DNA of 64,000 bases from Phoronis australis (lineage: Eukaryota > Animalia > Phoronida). Positions within the stretch are counted from its first letter, which is position 1. Each line of letters begins with the position of its first letter. Shown piece after piece: positions 56,924 to 64,000 of this stretch. The DNA is taken from NCBI GenBank assembly GCA_002633005.1, contig NMRA01000194.1:144458-208457 (forward strand), read 5' to 3'. A program made the translations under genes and the position numbers. The notes beneath the pieces are model-generated. The model did not search any database and was not told where the DNA came from. It saw only the letters and a program-made list of their open reading frames with translations.

Positions 56924-59900
56924 GTAGGAAAGCGTCCAGCATGGTGTAGTCTAATCACATGAGACGAGGGTGCAGGCCAAATTATTTCATCTGAGTAAGG
57001 CGAAATTCGACTTAACTGAAGGGCTGATAGCAAATGGGTGCTATTGGAAGACAAACCTGCGACCTTCAGATGCGCAATCATTTGCCAAAAATCCAATTTT
57101 GTTTATAACCACATTTACTTTTTTGATGCTAATTGCCTGGTCTCCATGGCAACAACAGTTTCTGAGTTTGGCAGGATCTCCAGGTAAGGAATTCTTTTTA
57201 TTAAATCCCTGAAACTATATAGAGGTGGTAGTGTCTTCATGTACCACAAGGTGGCAGTGGGAGTAGGGAATATCATGTGATCAGTGCCCTTGGGAAGAGT
57301 CATTGTATATTGATAGCAACAGTTTCATCAATGACCTTGTGTCAGTTTTATTGGTCATGCTGCTGGCTAGACTTACAGGAACCGTCAAAGTGCTTTTAAG
57401 GCATCTTAATAAGTTATCAATTTCATTTCACATGCTTATTTGATATACTTGTGCATAAGATTAAGTTCATTTTTCATCACCAAATACATGTATATATATA
57501 TATTTATATATCTGTGTGTTTCATTTCTCTTGATTCCTGTTAGGCCACTGGTAAACACAATCTCACTGTAGCTTATAAGAAACGCAAAGAGAAACTTGAA
57601 GTTCACCCTGTAGCTAGACTGCGTGTTGTTCAGAAAAACATGCAACCAGTGGTGGAGTATGTTGGCACAAACATCAGTCGAGCAGATTAGTCGTATGCCT
57701 TTCCTGACGTCTGGGAAGCAGATGTACATGTGTTACGTTCGTGATAGATGTCGTCTTGAATCCTGTAGCGTCGGGACGACAGTATTATGTTTGTACTCAA
57801 GCACCGATTTGTGAAAATGTTTTGAAAACAAATGGTTTGTAGGTTTGACATTGTAAAGAAAATTAGTAGATAAAAAATTTTCGTAGCCACATAGTGACTT
57901 TTCTTATATTTCAAGGTAACTTCTTTTTATGAAAGTGTCGTCTCAAAACTGTCTGGCTATGTCTTGAAGATTTTAATATCGCGTAACAAACAGATTAGAC
58001 ACCTGTTGGCAGTCGCAGGTAAACTACCTGGTTGTATAGAGCAGACAAATCGTAACCGTTGAAGTCATTCCGATATGACGCCAAAATCTTTGCCAGCTAA
58101 AAATTATGAGTGGGACAAGGGTATCTTGTATTTACTGTTTTATAAAACTACATTACATAGTACATTTAGGTATTATGAATGTGACATTATGTAACAGTCT
58201 GGTTTGGGTCTTCACATGTATGAGTAGGTCCTGCAATCTTGCTATTTCATTCATTGTTTGTTTGTGAGTGTAGCCTGCTGTATTGCGTAGTCGGGCCAGT
58301 CAGGCTCACTGAGTACTTCCTCCTCTGTGTGTACCGCGCTGTTTGCTAGCCTTAGCCTCTCTTTCAATCTGCTGTGGACAAGTATGCGGTTAGAAGGCAG
58401 GGCGACTTATGTCCATTGGATTGTGAACCACAGTCATGATATGACTGTTGTGGTGTCCGTCGCTGGCTGAAGGCAATCAGACCACGCACAACGCCACTGG
58501 GCAATTTTAGAGTCTTGAGTAAAGTTTGGCAAAAAGTGGTCGTATAGATATTGTGTGCATAGTGTTTGGCTGAGGTTGAGTTTTTATGACATTTCACGCA
58601 ACCAAGCTGTAAAAAGACCCATATTGACTTGACGGGCAATCACTTTAGATGCAATTTTTGAAACTTATAATAAGAAATAAATTTAAATAGGCTAAAATAA
58701 TGAGAATCGTCCCGCTTATTTTCTTTGTCATATTCCCACACTTTCCATTGGTTCTTTTTTTTTCAGTATAATCCATTTTCAATCATTCTTTACTAGTGTA
58801 GTAATTTCTGAGCCACATTTGTGCTCCCAAGAAATTGGAAGTGGTTCCCAAAAATATATGGGGGTGGCTCTAATGATACCCTGCGTTTAGAAGTGTAGCG
58901 TAAATACTGCACATGTGATAGATTCATTTAGTAAATTTGGCACGCAATTAATGTTGATGTAGATTATCTTCAAAAACTGTTAAACAAGAGGAACTAATGT
59001 GTGTTTTATGGACAGTAGACATATGGCTTTGTCCACATCTCATAGTGTGATTCACAAGCGTGTTGTGCCTTCTATGATCGAATTAATGTACTACCACTTA
59101 AGTGGTTGTAAATTTTCAGTGTTAAATTACTTTGATTTGTTGTGGGCATAATCTCTCTAGTGAGGACTGTAGTCGCGTCAATTAACAATGAGTTTTTCAT
59201 TGATTAATTTGTTTTTAACGAGTGTTCAATTAATGAGTGCGTGATAGCCAGTCAACTTGTGGTCAACTTCTCCGTCGCTTTTTCGTTAGCTGCTGACTCG
59301 CTTTAAGCAACAGGCCGAAGCAAACACCTTGCCAACGCGTCTGATGAACCAAAAGTGATGGACACGTACGGTATACACTGACACCTACTGGCCAGTCATG
59401 GTCTAACTGTATGCTCGACAATATGATTTTCTGAGGCTTGTTCATAACAGTGGTCGCACGCAACCTTACTAAGTGAACTGCACTGCTAAATGAGAAAGAT
59501 GGCTGCTGCTCTTGTAACTGTTGTCTGTCTAAGGTTTTTTCTAGTCTTTTCTAGAAGTTGACAAAAATGTATTTGTCGTTTTTGATATTGAGATACTAAA
59601 TATTTGGATTTTATTCAGATTGCACGGAATTGTGATTGCTGCTTAAAATTATTGAGTGATCCCAACGAAAAGTTGCCACAAAAAATCTGGAAACTTGAAA
59701 ATTTTCTATTTTGAGGCATTGCTCCTAATTACTTATCTGTGGCATGTTTTGTGAAACCGAAAGAATTCGTTGGGCATTTTTCGAGAAACGAGACGTTTAA
59801 CGAAATTTCAGTAGTTCCTACAAGTGTGCGACCACTTCAGTGAATACACGTCTGCTTTTTTCTACATGTAGCTACTGCTCTGATTGACTTGGCCGGTGCT

Positions 59901-62399
59901 GTGGTTTCATTCATTCATTTGCTGTAGTGTGTAATGTGCAGGGTGGAGAAACAAGTGATAGGCCTGGCTCATAAATACTCTGTGGATGGCACAGGTCCAA
60001 ATGGAGTATTAAGGCTGCTAGTGTAAGTCTGACTAGTTCTGTGGTGCGTTCCACAAGGCTCCATTTATGTAGTGGAAGGCTATTGTTTTTGCAAGCGAGC
60101 TCGCAACTTTATCGTACACAAAGAGGCCATCACTGGAGTGACTGGTCGGCGAGGCGGTAATGTTGAATTATGGGAGAAAAGATGTTGTAGTTCGCGAACA
60201 CAGTTTTTGTTCCATAAGCCAAAAATTTCCCGCCGCCATTGACAGGCGTTGCAATGTATTTTAGTCCAAGTGCTTAATCTAAAATTCCTATTATTCAATT
60301 TCTAGGTGCATCTCAAGTATTTACGAGTCGAGCCTGGCTTCCTTCTCCACCCACGGTCCATGACCACCAAGCTTATTGGGACTACACCTCTTCAAAAATT
60401 GACCAATTATATTTGTTGAAGCTACAAAGTTCACTAGAAATGTGGCAACCGATTGGTTAATTTTCTAGTCACATATCTCAAGTGAAGATTCTGATTGGTG
60501 GTCATGGTAGTGTTCCCTCGGATGGAATGTCAAACATGGTTCAAGTTGCATCTTGTCCATTTCTCTACATCAAAATTGGCCCCCATGATGTCGCAAAATG
60601 CCTTTCAAAAATAGGAGTAATTACATCTTTGCTTGGCTTTAAACCCGCCTTCATTTCAAAAGCCGGTCTTTATTTAGACTTCATAGTAAATTTTGTCTAA
60701 AATTGTTCATTAATTAAATGATAAAGATAGCTGTGATTTCTTGACTTGGAAAGAATTTCTAATTGCTCGAGACCAGGCTGTACATCATGTTGCTGACATG
60801 TCATGGCGTTCAATGTTATTAGCCAAGTAGTGTCTCTAGCAATAACGGACTGACAGTTCTTCGCAAGATCAGAAATCACTTCTCATGTCAATAAAATCAT
60901 GTTGAGACCAAATTTGTAGCGGCAAATGGTCTAAATCAAAACTGATTTTCTTCGACGAAATGTGGGTTTATCGACACCTGAAGTCAACTTTGCTGCCTGC
61001 ATGACATAATTATAGCCTTTGTCTTGTTTGATTTTAACCACTCCGCTCGGATGGTTTTCAAAATCTCATTTCTAAAAGACTGACTTTGCTGGTGACTTTA
61101 CATATGCAGTGCGCCTGTTCAAACCTGATGCCCATATTCCATACTTAGGGAAGTGCCATGTTTGACCTCGTGCGGGTAGAACACTGTCATCCAGTTTTTG
61201 TGTAGTGTAGTGTAGTGTAGATTTAGATTTGTGTAGTGTGGTCTTGTTTGTAGAGTATGCATGATATATGAACAGAGACCCTTATGCGGAATGAACTTCC
61301 TTCCTTGCACTCACCGATCCATGCTTACTAACATTGAAATTGTGAGAGGTGTAATTGTGAAAACAACTGTTCATTATGAATGTCAGCCACTGAGTATGTG
61401 CCCTAGTATTGGTACCTGCTTTGACCAAAAGATGTCGCTCTTGTTTAGATTGTTCAGTGTCACATTCAAGGCCGGTGACAGCTACAAGAGATTGAGATCA
61501 GGCTCTATTGTACTACATTTAAGCTGTGCAAAATGCAGTAATCGGATGATTTCTTTACCTGGTTCATGGTATGCTTGTGAATTTGTATTTGTCATTTACA
61601 ATTCCATGTCTCGGCGAATCTATTATGTACTTGGAAGATAATTGTTTTACCAACCAATGAACTTTCTGCGTGGATGTTCTATGAAATTTTAACATTCACT
61701 TTTTTTCTGGTGCTTCTGCTGGTACTATGGTAATTCTGTATGGCCTAGTTACTTACAGTTGCTATGGCAATAATTCTTCATGAAATTTCATTAAAGCGAG
61801 CAAGTTGAGGCCAATTTTATGGCTGTGAGTGTTCAAAATCAAAAGTCAGCTTCTTCGAGGAAATGCAAGGTTATTGATGCTTTAATAGTGTATTTTGTTT
61901 CTGTCGCTCCCCGCTCTATCAGCAGGGTTGAATATTAGTTTTGTTGACAGTAGACAACAGCTTTATTATTATTTCTGGTTTTGACTTACGAGATTAGACT
62001 GCAAGCAACCATTGGTAGATTAATTTCTGTTTCAAAAACATTTATGTCCAAAAGTCATTGAATGATCTACCTATACCTATAACACCTCTCTAAGAATTGG
62101 AGGTAAAAAACAGAATCAAAGATGTGGGATGCAGTCATTAAAGTCTCGTGCAGCAAGAAATAGGTCACTTGAAAACTGTCTGTATCACACTGTTATGTGG
62201 CTTCAAGTGTGGTAATGCTGTAGTTGGCTGTTTCCAGGGTTAGGTGGTTATGCAACTTACAGTTCTTGCATTGTGTTCCTTATAAGGACACCTTGGATTG
62301 ATAAGACACTTTCAGTGAGATGTGTTTGATCAGAATCAGTCGACTTTGGCGTCACAATCACGTGGTATAGTTCACAAACATTTTATCTAATATTTGGCA

Positions 62400-62780
62400 C
62401 TCAGACACCAGTGGTTACCTTTTCCCAGCCTCCAGACGTCTGGGTACTCTTCATTGTGGTCCCGGATACTCGAGGGTCACCTCTCAACCCCCTTCAGATG
62501 TCTAGGTGCTGCCTCATTGCTGCCCTTGGGACACTAGAGGTCACCCCTTACCCTCCTACAGATATCTGAGCACTGCTTAATTGCAGCCCTCGTACACTAG
62601 ATGGTCACACCTTCCCGTCCTCCTGTACTGTCTGAGTGCTGTTTCATGGCAGCTCCAGATACTAAAAAGTCACCCCTTACCTCCTCCAAATATCTGGGTG
62701 CCGCTTCAGTGCAGCTCGAGACTCTAGAGGTCACCCCTTCCAGTCCTTCAGATGTCTAGGTGCATTCTCATTGCAGCCCG
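62400..62780. repeat. Diverged ~60-bp minisatellite, about 6 units
   Basis: Recurring gtcacccct...cagat(g/a)tct(a/g)ggtgc...cattgcagc. Confidence 0.8.
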
Positions 62781-64000
62781 TTTGACAAAACATTTATTTC
62801 GTGAACTCATGCTGAATGCTCAGTACGGTCCCTCTGTGACATCTCACCGTGTTTGTTGTTATATTGGTCAAAAACATTTGACTGAGATCAACTACAAATG
62901 ACTTGAGACTATTTTTGGTTCCTAAGGTGGATGCATACTTTGCTAGCTATACAGTCAGGTCAATGTAGACGTAATGTAAACTGGTCAATATTGCCTGTGT
63001 AAGCCAGACTAGTAGATATGGCTATTGTCATCATGATTTAGATTTGACGGAACAAAGATTTCGTTTGTCACTCTGTGACCTTGTTAAATTAATACTATCT
63101 TTTTTCCAGACACAACATTTTGTTTCTGTATAGTCTCGATAAAAAATGATTCCGAACTAAAATATGTTAATTGCTAATTAAAAATTCACCCGTCATTGGT
63201 CTCGGATTATACGTTGCCTATATAAAGTTTGCCCATCAATAACATACCAGTATTATCTACAGTACAAGACAAAAGTATGAAGATAAAATGCAGTTTCCCC
63301 AGTCAAGGCAGTTTACCCCTTCATGTCGGCTAATTCTGTTAACAGCTAAAATGACTGGTAAGAGCTATTAATGGAAGCAAAATTCTAATACAGTGTGGCT
63401 TAGCCACCTTTCTAACTTTCATGTTCATTCTCGAGCATATAGGATGAGTACTCTCACAAGGAATTTGGAGCCTGTTCCGCCATAATGACTGGGAATTCTG
63501 GGTCATTTTTTCTGAGTACGTATGTTGTATACTGTATGTGCTGACATGTTCTTACCAGGATTCAAGTATTTTATGACATGTTCTGCAACAATGCATGCAT
63601 GGCACCTGTCGCTGTGAGGGAGACATTTAGTTTAAAGTCGCTTCATCTAAAAACTGAATTTCTGATCAGCATTTCTGAATACACCTCACCTGTAGGCTGG
63701 TTACCTTTCCTTTATTAACACAATCATCAGGTATATAACACTCATCACGTGTATAACACTCTGTCTAGTCTTTCTTTATTACAGTCGAAGCTTGCTCAAT
63801 GATTATGGTGCTTTTGTCTTTTCTTGTGGTATTTTGCTATGTTTATGTTTGATATTTTTATGATTTTTGGGTGTTTTGATGTTCTTAGTACTGATATTTT
63901 AAAATTTCATAAGATTCACATTATACGCCTTGTTGTGATTCTGTAAGCATGGAATTACTGTCATCTGGACACACCCTGAAAGTAACTGGCTCCCCTAAAT

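Noticed and set aside
59229-59246. TTAATGAGTGCG (LMSA) as the start of the last GPD2 exon
   Set aside because: No AG acceptor in front, and an immediate TGA stop.

Overview
Eukaryotic (metazoan, probably invertebrate) genomic DNA, repeat-rich, with two assembly gaps. The right half holds a + strand intron-exon gene for mitochondrial FAD-dependent glycerol-3-phosphate dehydrogenase (GPD2): 14 phase-consistent coding exons at 42059-56923, one GC-AG intron, terminal exon not found. The main discovery candidate is a complete 9.25-kb Ty3/Gypsy LTR retrotransposon at 2929-12182, with 244-bp LTRs, TGGC target duplication, tRNA-Ser PBS, PPT and a -1 frameshift signal. Its cargo is unusual: a helix-hairpin-helix-like Gag N-terminus, a PHD finger fused to the integrase C-terminus, and, in the env position, a probably spliced third ORF ending in a TatD (TATDN2-like) nuclease with intact metal-binding motifs. 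This copy is mildly decayed. Also present: a related truncated Gypsy head-to-head with it, Penelope-like remnants (one with an intact minimal hammerhead ribozyme), an Academ-type transposon relic, a THAP relic, several MITE, SINE and Helentron-like repeats, and a palindromic AAAACTTAAGTTTT array. All family assignments come from motif recognition by eye, not from database searches.
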